From Trichoplax adhaerens (lineage: Eukaryota > Animalia > Placozoa), in assembly GCF_000150275.1 (NCBI RefSeq), contig NW_002060966.1, forward strand, positions 324,415 to 388,414: a stretch of DNA of 64,000 bases, in the 5' to 3' direction. Positions 1 through 12,595 of this stretch are shown in pieces. Position numbers and translations under genes: made by a program. The notes under the pieces were generated by a model, which worked only from the letters and a program-made list of their open reading frames with translations, searched no databases and was not told the DNA's origin. Position 1 is the first letter of the stretch; each line of letters opens with the position of its first letter.

Positions 1-52
1 TGCAAAGAATGAAACACGATATTTCTGTCTAATTATGAGAAAATATCATTAG

Positions 53-3000
53 AAATTTAGAACGTAATAACTTGAAGAATTTGCAGTTTCTAGGAGTAAT
101 GCCTAACTTGCGAAACCTGTAAGTTGAACCAAATATTTCGATCATATTCATGTTTGTAATGTCTACATGATATGATAAAATTGTTCGTTGTAAATGATAT
201 TTATGGTCTGTGTTAAAAATAAAAATGTTCTCATTTTATGTTAATCTTCAATAGCTAATTGCGAATTGAAAGTTCAGTTTAATCTTTTTTTTACCTTGAC
301 GGGTTTTAAGCAATAGCTGCAGTTTTCCAATTTAAGCTTCTAGAAATAATAGCAATAATTAAACCTTTTAGGCATTGAATAGATTTAGGGTTAATTTCAT
401 ATATTCCAATTAAGTTTTTTACTAGTAATTAGGCTAAAAACGTACTAAAATTGATCGAGAATCCCCTGTCAGCTCCGAATGTATTTCGTTGATCCTAGTA
501 ATCAATAATAAATATTCGTTTACGATAATGTAAACCTAATAGTTCACATACGTATATTTTAAGAAAGTGCTTATTTCTAAGAATACTGGCAGTAGCTACT
601 ATCTCATTATCTAAATTAGATTTTAACTTAAACATCAATTACTACGTTTTGATAGGAATTTAGCCGAAAATAAGTTGAAAACATTGCAGTACGACAATTT
701 TAAAGCTTTGCCTGGCCTACAAAACCTGTAAGGAATTATAAGTCATTCTTAAAATTTGTTAGCTCGAATTCTCTATAACAATTTGATCAATCCTTTAATT
801 AAGCTCGAATTTTCTAACGTTTGAGATTACTTTTGCCAAATTTTTCCGCATATTCATAATGATAACATTGCGTCTGTGCAAATTGCAGCATTTAATATCG
901 CATCAGATTTGTTGTTTTATCTTTATCGTGCAATATAATGCCATTTTCAAATTAGCTATTATTTTTAGAATTAATCAGCGCTATTCTTACAATTATCTTA
1001 TTTCTTTTATTTCGTATGTGCATGCAGTTCTAGTCTTTTCAAGAAATTTTAGCTAATAATTTCAACATCGTTGATAACACAATTTCATGTTGCAGACCTA
1101 TAAACGTGGGTCAGTTGAGATCTATTTTGTTTTAAACCAGGAATCTATCCAGAAATTACTTTCTTATGTATATAGAACCTCATGCTTTTGGTAATTTGCA
1201 CTCGTTATTAGTGCTGTAAGTACCTAAAATATATAAGCAAAGTCTTTTATTACTATTACTCGATTACTATTAATTTCGTTCTTTTTGAATTGTGTACAGG
1301 GATTTGCACGATTGCCTTAATATTAAAGAGAGTATCGAAGCTATCTTGGGCTCTAAATTACTTCATCTAACTAAACTGTAAGCTGATCACCCTCATTTTT
1401 ATATTATTTCAAAGTTTAAAAATTCAAATTAGAACTGGTTGATTGATAGAAATATGGCTCATACTGGACTATCCAAAATAAGTGAATATCAGTTTGAAAA
1501 TTTCAGTTCCCTCATCGAACTGTAAGTAATTCTATATTAGTATTCTTAAAATTGAAAAAAATCGATAATGATTTATTAAATAAAATAAATGTCAGATAAA
1601 GCATCTACTTAATTCTTGCTATTATATGGAATAACTATAATGGTTTATTGAATTTATATACAATTACCGATGACACAAACAAAAAGATGTAGATTTGAAT
1701 CAATTGATATGACATTCTGATTAGTAAATGATATAGTTATTAGTACTTATTATCTTTATGCGATCGAGTAAATTTCTAGTATCATTTTCTTATATAGCAA
1801 TAATGTTAGTAACAGCATTTATAAAATTTATGGAGTATACTGCTCAAACTATATAGGTAAAGATGATAGTTACATACTTAGAATTAATGCCAACGATAAA
1901 GATAGATGTCTATAATTCAAGATGTACAGATTGATTAAAACAAATACAAAAAAATACCGAGCAAGTTATCTAGTACAATAATTCTTTGCTGGTTATCGCA
2001 AATAGTTATGAATTTAAAGTTATTAAGAACAGAATTGTAGGTTTAATTCAATTTAATCGATATAATTATTAGTTTATTGATGAAAGACTCATTCAAGGGA
2101 TATTAAACGATAGCAATGGAACTATTTTGGCTAAGATAAGCTAACTTAAGTTTGTTTATTCCCTGTGCAGGGATATCAGTAACAACAATATTCAAAAACT
2201 ACCAAATAAACGCTTTTTTGGAGACAATTTGAAAGATCTGTAAGTAGAATCATTATTTCACTTTAAAGTTTGTCGGAAAGGAAAAATTATAAATCAGCTA
2301 TTACACGGCCTATTCTTCAATGATGAATTCTATCCTAGAAATCTAAACGGAAATAATTTCACATCTATCAACTGTTCTATATTTAATCCAGTTATTAAGT
2401 CATGGAAATTCTCAACGTGGATACGTCATTTGTCAGTAACGAAGTTTATTAAGACAGAATTAAAATTATGCTCGAAAAATAGTACTAATGGAGAGGGTAT
2501 TCTAATTCAATTACAGGCACATTTGGAACACCTCTGTGGCTAACTATTCCGTTAATTGTAGGCATTTATTCACTAAGTTGACCGGACTGTAAGTTTACCA
2601 TATTTTGTAGAAGAAAAGAGGGTTGATGATTTATTTTAAAATGGAAAATAACTGTGCTATAAATAGACATCTATTATATTATTCACTGTAAGATTATAAA
2701 TACCCTATCTATTAATGCATCTAGCAGTCTATGCAAATGTAGATGTTATAATAGTGCTCGTGGCAATAGGATATTGCGGCATAACTTCTGTTTTGGCCAT
2801 ACTCTTGCTATAATATTTTAAAGGCTTTAAATCATTTAATATATATTCATTTACAGTTAAATGAGGTTTTGCTTACAGGAGTGTAGGTGGTAAACAAACC
2901 TTTCACCAGAATGAACCTTCAAAAATTAGCGAATTTTTAGAAAATTTGAGCTTCATTACATATTTGTAAGTTTAGTGACTATAATTATATAATCTACTCT

Positions 3001-6000
3001 TGAATGGTAAATTCCATACAGGTTTTTCACGAAATGGAAATACCCTTAAATAATGCAAAGCCATTTTGCGTCGGAATATTCCTTTCTTTTCATTTACAGG
3101 AACATAGCTAACAGCAATATTAAATCCCTGCCCTTTCGATTTTTTTACATTAAGAGAAAGGGTGATTTAACTCTGTAAGCAATTACTGGATGACAGTATT
3201 CCATGTAATTAGTATGGCTATGTCCAGTAATTGTTTGTTTTAATCATTTTATTTTAGGCATTTGGATGAAAACCCACTAGTCCTTAATAACACAGTTCAC
3301 TACCCGTATGCTCATATTTCGATTACTTCTCTGTAAGTTTATACGAAATTTTCTTACGATATTGTAGTGTGTTATTCAAATAACAATACTAGTGCGGCGT
3401 AGATCAATTCATATCCATATAAATCATACTTCTTTAACCCAACTTTACCTAGAAGCTAGGTGAACATCAGCTTTTTCTGTGTGGTTATTCTAAAACGATT
3501 GCTTTTGTATTTGATATAGAGGATTGAAAAGTGCGTTACTTCATATTGATCCTAGCGATCATTGGCGACTCTCTAAGTTGACTTCCTTAGTTAAAGAGGT
3601 GTAAGTAAAGCCCAATTTTGTTGAATAAATGCATTGATTTGACTAATATCCTAAACGCACGGTTCGAAATTTGATGGAACTATGTAAGAAGCAATTTTTT
3701 GAAAGAGTTACTAATCACCAATAAAAGCAGAATTGAACGTTATACTTGCAGTTGAAACATATATCTTTTATTACACAACAATTTTTTATTATAAAAATAT
3801 ATAATGTAAAATATAAGGTACAAGTGTCTACTAACTGTATACAGTACTCGTAAGATAACCAGTGTGTGGATTTACTGGTTAGTAATCATTTAAATCACTA
3901 TATATCTTAGATACTGTGCAATTATTCAATCCATTATTTGTATACGTATTGTATATGTATAGTAATATGATAAGAATTGGCTTGCTGATGACATATTGTA
4001 AGTAGCTGTAAATCTCGCAAATATGACGCTGATATTAATGTTAAGTAATTACCGCTATATACTATAGCGATTTATCATGTAATAGCTTAAAGATATTGGA
4101 TATTTCACTAATTGTGGGAGAAGGATCGGCAACTCTCAAATCATTGTAAGTACTGCATGACTTGAAGAAACTTTGACCCTAGAAAGTAAATTTACATTCT
4201 AATCATTCCGTGTGCTTTTAATTTTAGGGATGTATCCAAGAATTCTTTAACCGCAATTAGAAACGAACGAAAGGAACACTTTTTACATGCTAAATCCTTG
4301 TACGCTATCTAATACATCATTTGACTGCTTCATTTTAGCTATTTTAAACTATTTGAGAATGATTCTCTATCTGCTCAAATTCATTACAGCTGACCATATC
4401 TTGTTCTTACTTATTTAGAAATTTAGGTAGTAACTTAATAACAGATATTTGTGAACTTACGATTTTGAAGTATATGCCTCATCTTCAATACTTGTAAGAA
4501 TCTAAGAAATTCGAGTATATGTCTGGCATATCGAATATATTTTTATACAAGATTAAAACCAGTGTTAATGCTAGCCGCCGACAATCTAAAACTGTAATTC
4601 TTTTATTTTTATTATTTTACAGAGATATTTCGAATAATCAAATTACTACGCTTCAACCATTTTGCTTCATTTATACTCCTTCATTATGGTTCATGTGAGT
4701 TTAATTAGAATGTATAACATTATAAAGCGTAAATTTTCAGCGTTCATAATTGATACAATTCAATGTGAACGCCATATCTTGTAAGCGTTATCCATCAAGC
4801 CAGTATTTAAGATGATTTTATGTTATTACTGAAGATGGAAAATACGAGTATGTAGAAAATTTGTTCTTACTTAGGTTGCAAAATAATATAATCATCACTC
4901 CTATCTCTGTACCCAGATTAGCTGCGTATTATTACAAAATTATTATTAAATAATTAAGGAATTATTATTGCCTGGAAATAAGTATCATTCAGGATTTCAT
5001 TTAAGTAATATTTGGTTATTTATCATTACAACATATTCTTGCCAATAACATGCTTTTAGTTCATATTTGCTCGTATGATATCGGAAGAGTTACATTTAGA
5101 AAATGCAACATATAACCGATCACGAGAGAATATTGTACTACCTGTCTAAAATCTTCGCCTACTTTAGCAAATATTTTCATTAGATAGCTAGTCTAGCCGG
5201 TAATTGATACCGCTGCATCTGAATAATAGATCATTATCCAAAAGATTGTCCAAATTAAATCGATACTAAGATTGATAAAAGTTTACCTAAGTTTCTAATG
5301 GCGTATAATTTTCTATGCCTGTATGTATTGTTATCTTATCAAATTTGTTTGCGCACGTTTCTACTTTTTTAAACTTTGGTTCAATCATCTTAGTCCCATA
5401 TCAATTCAATTATGATTTTGAATATCAATATCATCATTATCATGATTTAACACTTTCAAAAATGATTATAAATATTATCGGTAACCTGTCCGAATCTATA
5501 TTAGAAATCTGCAAAATAATCAACTTGAACAAGTTGTAAAAGATTCGTTCTATGGACCAACAAATTTATATAAGCTGTAAGTAATAAATTATCTTTTAAG
5601 CTAATGCTAGCATAAAGTATCGTTGGTTGCATCTTTATAGGTTTATACCATTATGTGATTGATTTATATCGTAGTCACGGAGTGATTTTTGAAGTCAATC
5701 ACTTATTTCATTATCGTTAGAGAACATACTTTGGGTTTGATTTAGAATATCATTGTCTATGACTTCATACCTAATTTTTAATGATTATCTTAGTAGATCT
5801 ATTTTAAATTGGCGAATTTTTAAAGTTCACCTTCAATTTTGTCCAAAAAGTTTAGTAACTGATTGTGATTTTACAAGGATAGTCGTCAGTAATTAGTCGC
5901 ACTGTAGTTCGATGTTGAGAGGGATAAACCTAACTGACGGTCGATTCGTAGTCTGTCGTTCATTAATTGCAATTTAACTTTCTCATTACAAATTTCGATT

Positions 6001-7445
6001 TGTAATATTCTTGTTACAAGGAATCGCTATTGAAAGCTCCATTTCAGCCAAGATATCACCTATTATTTAAAATTGATCTTTTAAATTTTGAATCTTAGCT
6101 CCCACAATGATGCTATATTAAATACTATAGTAAATAAATTTTTATTGTTAACGCAAAATAATGTATTTTATACAATTCTTTAACAGTGCATAAGTTCTAT
6201 TAACTCGTCTTAGTGATTATTGATACTTGAATATTTGTGTCTTGAGTAATGCAGGGCTAACTTCTGCAATCTTTCAGGACTGCCGATCGGGGATATTTCT
6301 GCTGTATCGTTCCAGCTAAAATTAAAGAATGCTCAGTGACAGAATTTAATAGTCGTAATAAAATATCTAATTGCCATGATTTACTTGCTAATCCATCTTT
6401 GCGTATCTTTACCTGGATTGTTTCCATTTTAGCAGTCATTGGTAATGCTTTGGTTATTCTTTTATATCGCCGCGACAGTAAAGCTGGCCATCCTGTACCC
6501 AAATTAGTGGTTAGCCATCTTGCTTTCGCTGATTTCCTTATGGGACTTTATCTTTTAATTATAGCTATTGCTGATATGTTAACTCGCCATGACTATGGCA
6601 TTTATTCCGTTTACTGGAATAAGCATCCTATGTGTTTATTAGCTAGCTTCCTAATGTCATTATCCAGCTTTATGTCTGTCTTTATGATGTTATTGATTGG
6701 TATTGATCGCTACATTTGCATCGTCTATCCATTTTCTAATAAACGTTTAGATATGGCAACCACTAAGAAAACGCTAGGTTTAGCATGGGTCATTAGTATC
6801 GGTTATATCGCAGGTCCGATTGTATATAGTATAAATAAACCTTATACTCAAACTGTTTATGGTGATAGTCCAGTTTGTGTGCCTATCAATTTATCTCATA
6901 AATTCTTTTACCTGTGGCTATCGAGTTATATATTTTTAACATTCCTCATGTGGATCATTGTGACTATTCTCTATATACGCTTATTCATAAAAGTAAAACA
7001 ATCTGGCCGATCAATACGTCGAAATCAGAAAACAAATCAAGAGCATCGTATGGCTATTCGACTTTTTTTAATCTGCATCACGGATATTGTATGTTGGCTA
7101 CCATTTTACTTTGTGTTTTGGCTTTCTGTCATTCAGATTAGACGAGGAGAAGCCCATTCTTACTTAAATAGCGGCTTTAGCGTTATCTTACGATTTACCA
7201 TCTTACCTTATGTTGTTGTCTTTGCATTACCAATCAACTCCGCTATCAATCCATTCCTCTATACTTTTACTAGTAGTAATTTCACAGATCGATTACCCGG
7301 TTGGTGCAAAATGGATAGAAGTAAATGGCCACTCTTTGGATCATTATCCAGTTTAAATCAATCATCTAAATCTAATAGTAGTTTAACAATTTCATCGCCG
7401 TCTGAAAGAATTCAAAGTTCTGCTTCAATAGATTCCAAGTCATAG
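53..7445 (+). CDS. LRR-containing GPCR (LGR/RXFP/GRL101-like), copy 1; 5'-partial, multi-exon
   Basis: There are 17 phase-2 GT-AG exons of 66-93 nt, each encoding one LRR (e.g. 53-118 NLERNNLKNLQFLGVMPNLRNL, 656-727, 1141-1215, 3520-3600, 4228-4299). The terminal exon 6278-7445 encodes the LGR hinge (YFCC...C...SNCHDLLANPSLR) and a 7TM domain with IDRY, TDIVCWLP and NPFLY. The ORF-track start at 6336 is internal; the exon begins after ctttcag at 6278. The gene continues left of the window. Confidence 0.93.
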
Positions 7446-9256
7446 GCTGGCTATGTGAAACTGATTCATTACACAACCTAGCTAAATGCAAGCTTATTAT
7501 GTTATCTGTCGGCGGTATATTGTGAGGTTGGTTCGTAGCAGCAAATTCTTGTGGAAATGAACGCTAATCTATGGACTGCATACTATAGCTACACAGCTAT
7601 AGAATATTTAGATCATAGCTGTAGAGAAAAAACAGATAGAAATTAAAATATTTAATAGTTTCATATCTAGTGGTAAGACTAGATCCAACTTATACAAGTC
7701 TTCCCTTCAGTCATTTACTAACCTAACAATTTCATCCCGTGTGATATTCCATGTAATAAATGATCTAGTTGATATAATAGCTTTCAAATAGCAATATTCA
7801 ATAAAATCAAATGCACTCTGTGAAGATATTGTTATAATGATCTCGTAAAGTAATTATCTTACTTCTAAGCTAGTATTAAATTAATATTAAAAGCATATTG
7901 TGTATCTACAGTACGAACATTGAAATATAGAACTACTAAGAACTATGTCATATACTAGACAATCGTATAATTCTGCTGGCGTTAATGGATAAGTTTATGG
8001 AATACTTGATGATGGCTATTTCATATAATTAAAATGAAATGTCAAGCGGTTAATAAATGGAATAGAATAATAGTCAATTTTGTATTATTTTGCTCATATT
8101 TCGTCCAAATAAGGAAGTGTGAACTGATAAAAATTCATATGCTATGTTTTTAGAGGAACATACGTAAATACAATCGAAGATAGTTTATATGTATGGGAAT
8201 AAGCTATTACATTGTGAACTATAGTATCTTTACTTATGATTAAGCTAGTATGCATGTGTCACAAAACAGCTTTGCAACAAGATAACGTAATATACGATCA
8301 ATAAGTCAATTTCTTGAACCACGTATCAAGGAACGATATCTGCACTATCACAAACACTTTTGCTCTACTAGCAGACTACACAAAGACTTAAACGCCTCGT
8401 ATTTTACGTTAAACACTAAGTTTGAGAATCTACTTTATTTCACGATATGCTGCATTTATATACTCTTCCTCAATAGTTCATGAGTCATAGTTAGTACGAT
8501 TAACCTTGGAATCATTTACTGAATTAGATATTAATTTTAGTTACTGCTCCCTTAATGCAGACAACAGTATTTACGAACATAGACATATAATGACTAATAC
8601 AGAATAGTCAGATTACGATATGTCCTATCACGGAACATTTCCATGATAATTTACAATCTACCATAAGTAAGTTACATCACAATGATTCGAACTGTAAGTA
8701 GATGGTTTGCATTCCCTATTATAACTATTAATTTCAGTATGTGTATAAGTGTCACTGTGATAAAAAGTCAGTGCTATATTAAAATACAGTATATCCAAAT
8801 TAGAAGTTAACTAAATAAGGATAGGGTAACAGAATTATCCTAACATAGATATTTCTACTCTAATGCAGTACATAACACTGTCACAGCATGAAAGATTTCG
8901 TACATCACAGATTTATTCTATTTAAGCTATCTTAGCTTAATAGGTATAGGTAGAAGATGATACTGTAATACAGATATTCATTACAAGAAGATACTCGATA
9001 AAATGTAGTAGAATGCATACCTGTCCTGTACCAAGTGGTGGTGATACCTACATAAGGTGATGCTGATAATTGTTTAGAGCTGAAATAGGCTCCAAAGAAT
9101 ATTTATAATAATAATCCATCTGATAATTATATCTGTTACGAACATATCTACTATCATTAAAATTTAGACTTAATCTTACCAAAACATCTACTTTGAAATT
9201 TCTCAAAGCAACGGCGATATCTTTAACATTAATTTCAATTTCTTGTGATTTGATAA

Positions 9257-9847
9257 TGTCATATGACTGTCCTACTATTAGATTACTTATTAGCTTCACT
9301 ACTACTAGAGATCTAACGTGTGATACTAATAGGCTACTTAATTGACACACAAGAATAAGACTGTTATATAAGGCTAGTATAATTATTTATTAGTAGACAG
9401 ACCTATACCGTTCTATACCATATCTACCAACCGACTCTCGGGCTGAGCATTAGCTCACCTTTTTGTACCCTTCCATAGAATTTGTGGTGCACAGTTAACA
9501 ATTTTCTCGTACAAGATTTACTTGATTACTATAGGAGATTCAATATCAATAAACTATGTTATTTACTGTAAGTACGTATTGGTAAACAACTTTAATTAGC
9601 AATAACTAATTAGGAGACAATTAAAGGCTCAAAGCTTAGCATAGTAATTACACATTCACTGCAGGTACCAAGTAGTCGCCATTATTAATACTCGATATAA
9701 GTTCAAGACACAATTAAGTTTTTGTGGTCTAAGATTACTCATTATTAGTATTCGTAAATTAAATTATGAATTTCTAATATTTAGCCTAGTAACGATTTAA
9801 TAAAAAAGTTTAGTCAATTAATAAGTACGGTACTTTGCTCCGTAACG
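9257..9847 (-). mobile_element. LTR (probable 3' LTR remnant) of an LTR retrotransposon, same family as 25039-25644
   Basis: It is a reverse-complement match to the solo LTR at 25039-25644 at both ends (tactttgctccgtaacg vs tgttacggagcaaagca; tgtca vs tgaca) and internally (ctgagcattagctc vs gagcgaatgctcag; aataagactgtt vs aacagtcttat). On the minus strand it is immediately preceded by a purine tract, GTGTGGGGGAG (9848-9858). No target-site duplication is visible. Confidence 0.75.
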
Positions 9848-12184
9848 CTCCCCCACACTAAAATAAGAACCCTAGGGTAAACACCTGCCTCGATTTCATT
9901 ACCAGATTCTTTTATATATTACAATCTTTACTACCATGATAAAGTCCAAGATTAGGGATGGATATTAATTTCATTTGTAAGTTAATTTCAATTTCTTGGG
10001 CATAAACAATTGCCTATTACTTATTCCTATCAGCAAAAGAAATTAAATTATCACAAATTCTTCTACCTAATAATGACCATTGTAAGAGATTTCAGAGAAA
10101 ATGAAGACTGGAGTTGGGCCTATAAAAAACTGATTCCTTTGCAGCCCAACATTAATGATAGCAATCAACTATAAATTAGAGAAAGGGAAGGAGTTAATTA
10201 TCCTGATAATGATCAACGCCAGCCAATTATAGCCATGACCTCGATTTTCTTAGTTCATTCTTGCCAACGAAATTCTACTAGTTATCGAAGAGAACAGCTA
10301 ATGCGACATATCGAAACTTTTCTATGATGAGAATGTGGCTAAAATTGCTTTTCCTTGGCTTTTCTACTTTTTTGATTTCCAAAGCAGAATTTGCGACTCG
10401 TAAGTTCTGTTATAAAGCAAAATGTGAATAAAATAAAGATAGCTGGAGCTATTCTTAAATCACTTATATCTAATATTAAGCAAGATATGTACCTTATTTA
10501 TTATTTTTATTAACGATATTTACCTGCTTTTATAGTAAACAAATGAATATCTTATACAAGACAAGCTAATATTGCTTATCCGACACAATATATGCATCTT
10601 TCCATATCGCTACTGATATTTTGATAGCATTAGAAAAAAACTTGGCAATGTAAACTCCTTGATAAAGAGAAATGTTATAAATATCAGAATTTTATTTTCA
10701 TTGAGGTGTAGTTATGCAAGCGTGCCAAACCTAAAAAAGTGTCTAGTAAAATATATATTAAATGTTTTGATTAATTCTAGAAAATACATCAAGTATAATT
10801 AAGGAACGTCATTAATCGCAATCATTCTGCTTCATGAGAAATTATCATATCCATTTTATCAAGTAAATTACTGTAAATTATTAACTGTTACCAATTTTTA
10901 AAAGACAAACTTCTTAATAATTATAATCAGATATCGAAAATAGTATTTAATTACGTTAAAAGAACATGATATCACGGCGCTTCTATCTGTGATATGCATA
11001 AATTGGAAATACAGATTCAGGTTACTATTAGCCTGATTTCTATTAACTTTTACACATGAGGTTGTATTGGTATGGTCTTAAACTGCCTTGATTTCGAATT
11101 CGATTAAACGGAAAAAATTTTTTGTAGTTACCGGTACTTAAGGTTTATTACTACGCAAAGCGGAATCACTTTCTTTGTCAAGAGAAATTAGATCAAGGAG
11201 ATCTTCTATTTTAATGCAATATAGTTTGATCTTGATTTATAAATTATATTGTATAATAGACAGAGACTGAGATTTATTTCTGTCTTTCTACATTGGGTTC
11301 CTAGTATTACATTAAATTAGGGGTTTGATTTTATCGCATGATAATGATCGTTCAGTAATGTGATGATGAACCGATGAATAAAAATTTAGGTTTATTTCTT
11401 TATTTAAAAGGTAGCTATGGCAATAGGAATAAATGTCTCAGATATTTCTATAATTATGTTCGTTAATAAGGTCTGATAATTTCTTTGTAAGTAAAATAAG
11501 TAATGAGCATCAGTATATTTTTCAACTTCAAAAATGAATGCTTAAAAATGCTTAATATACTTAAACCGAGTAGGTTAAATTGAAAGCAGGATTTGACATA
11601 GAATCAACTTTGATAAAAATAACAAAAACGATAAAATAAAAATTGTCATGTACTTCATTCAATGCAAGGCTTTAAAATCTATTAATACTAGCATGTCTTT
11701 CCCGAGCTATTTACATTCTTATGTTGCTATAAGAAAAAATTTTAGCTTTACGTTTTATATTTATAGTCAGCTTTGAAATTTTAATGCAAAAAATATAAAA
11801 TTCAAAGTTGACTCTATGATCCTAATTTAGGCTTATGTTGTGAAATATTGCTAACAGCAACGATGGCAAACGATATTATTATTGATTTAGGCTTGAAAAG
11901 TAGATTTTAATGATATCTTTGCTTTCATCTATCGAGCTCTACGCGTATTTTGATCCATTGGGTAACATAGTATCGATACTTCTAAATTATAAATCTTGCC
12001 AAATTGATTGAGATACCTAATTCCAACTATCTCAAAGTCTACAGATCTGCAAAGAAAAGTAGTTGTACGTATTTATGAAATTATTCAAGTAATCGCACGT
12101 CACGATTTGGATGACTTACTTTGACGATTAATTTGGGCGAAAGTTAATGTTGAAAGCTAACAATATTATATTTAGCTTCATTTT

Positions 12185-12595
12185 CACTGAAATGATACAC
12201 TGGTTATATGCTCGTAAATATTTTCCTAAGATAAAAAACATGAAAGCCTGAGTGTTATTGAGTGTGTTTGTATTAACGCCCAAGTTTCTAACACAGTAAA
12301 TAAAATTACCGTATTCTATGATACTGAAATAAGTAACTAGTACGTAGGAGCGTAAAGTCGGCCTAAAATGGGACTTATAAAATCTTGGGAGATGTTGACT
12401 GTATTCAGATTAACGCCCATGTTTCTGATGTAATAAATAAAATCATTGTTTTCTTTAGTACTGAAATAAGATATTGGCACACATGCTCGTAAATACCTGC
12501 TAAAGTTAGGCAGTATAAAACCTTGGGAGATGTTGAGCAGGTTTAAATTAACGCCTAAGTTTCTGACGCAGTAAAAACTATTAGTGTATTCTATA
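12185..12595. repeat. Degenerate tandem repeat, ~137-138 bp x3
   Basis: The anchor attaacgcc(c/t)a(a/t)gtttct recurs at 12272, 12409 and 12547. actgaaat, cgtaaa and cttgggagatgttga also recur in register. Confidence 0.85.

Noticed and set aside
4228-4315. Apparent loss of a GT donor in copy 1 (at|ctaat vs at|gtttt in copy 2)
   Set aside because: Both copies have an in-phase donor 9 nt earlier (tt|gtacgc, ct|gtatgc) that gives the standard 72-nt LRR exon.
6257-7141. Short ORFs 6257-6502 (-) and 6914-7141 (+), and their twins at 31253-31435 and 31910-32137
   Set aside because: They are antisense or off-frame shadows of the 7TM exon, duplicated only because the exon is.
9048-9350. 100-aa minus-strand ORF with a ribonuclease-inhibitor-LRR-like stretch (DIAVALRNFKVDVLVRLSLNFN)
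   Set aside because: The ORF crosses the LTR boundary at 9257, starts at a non-ATG codon and has only a single repeat-like unit.
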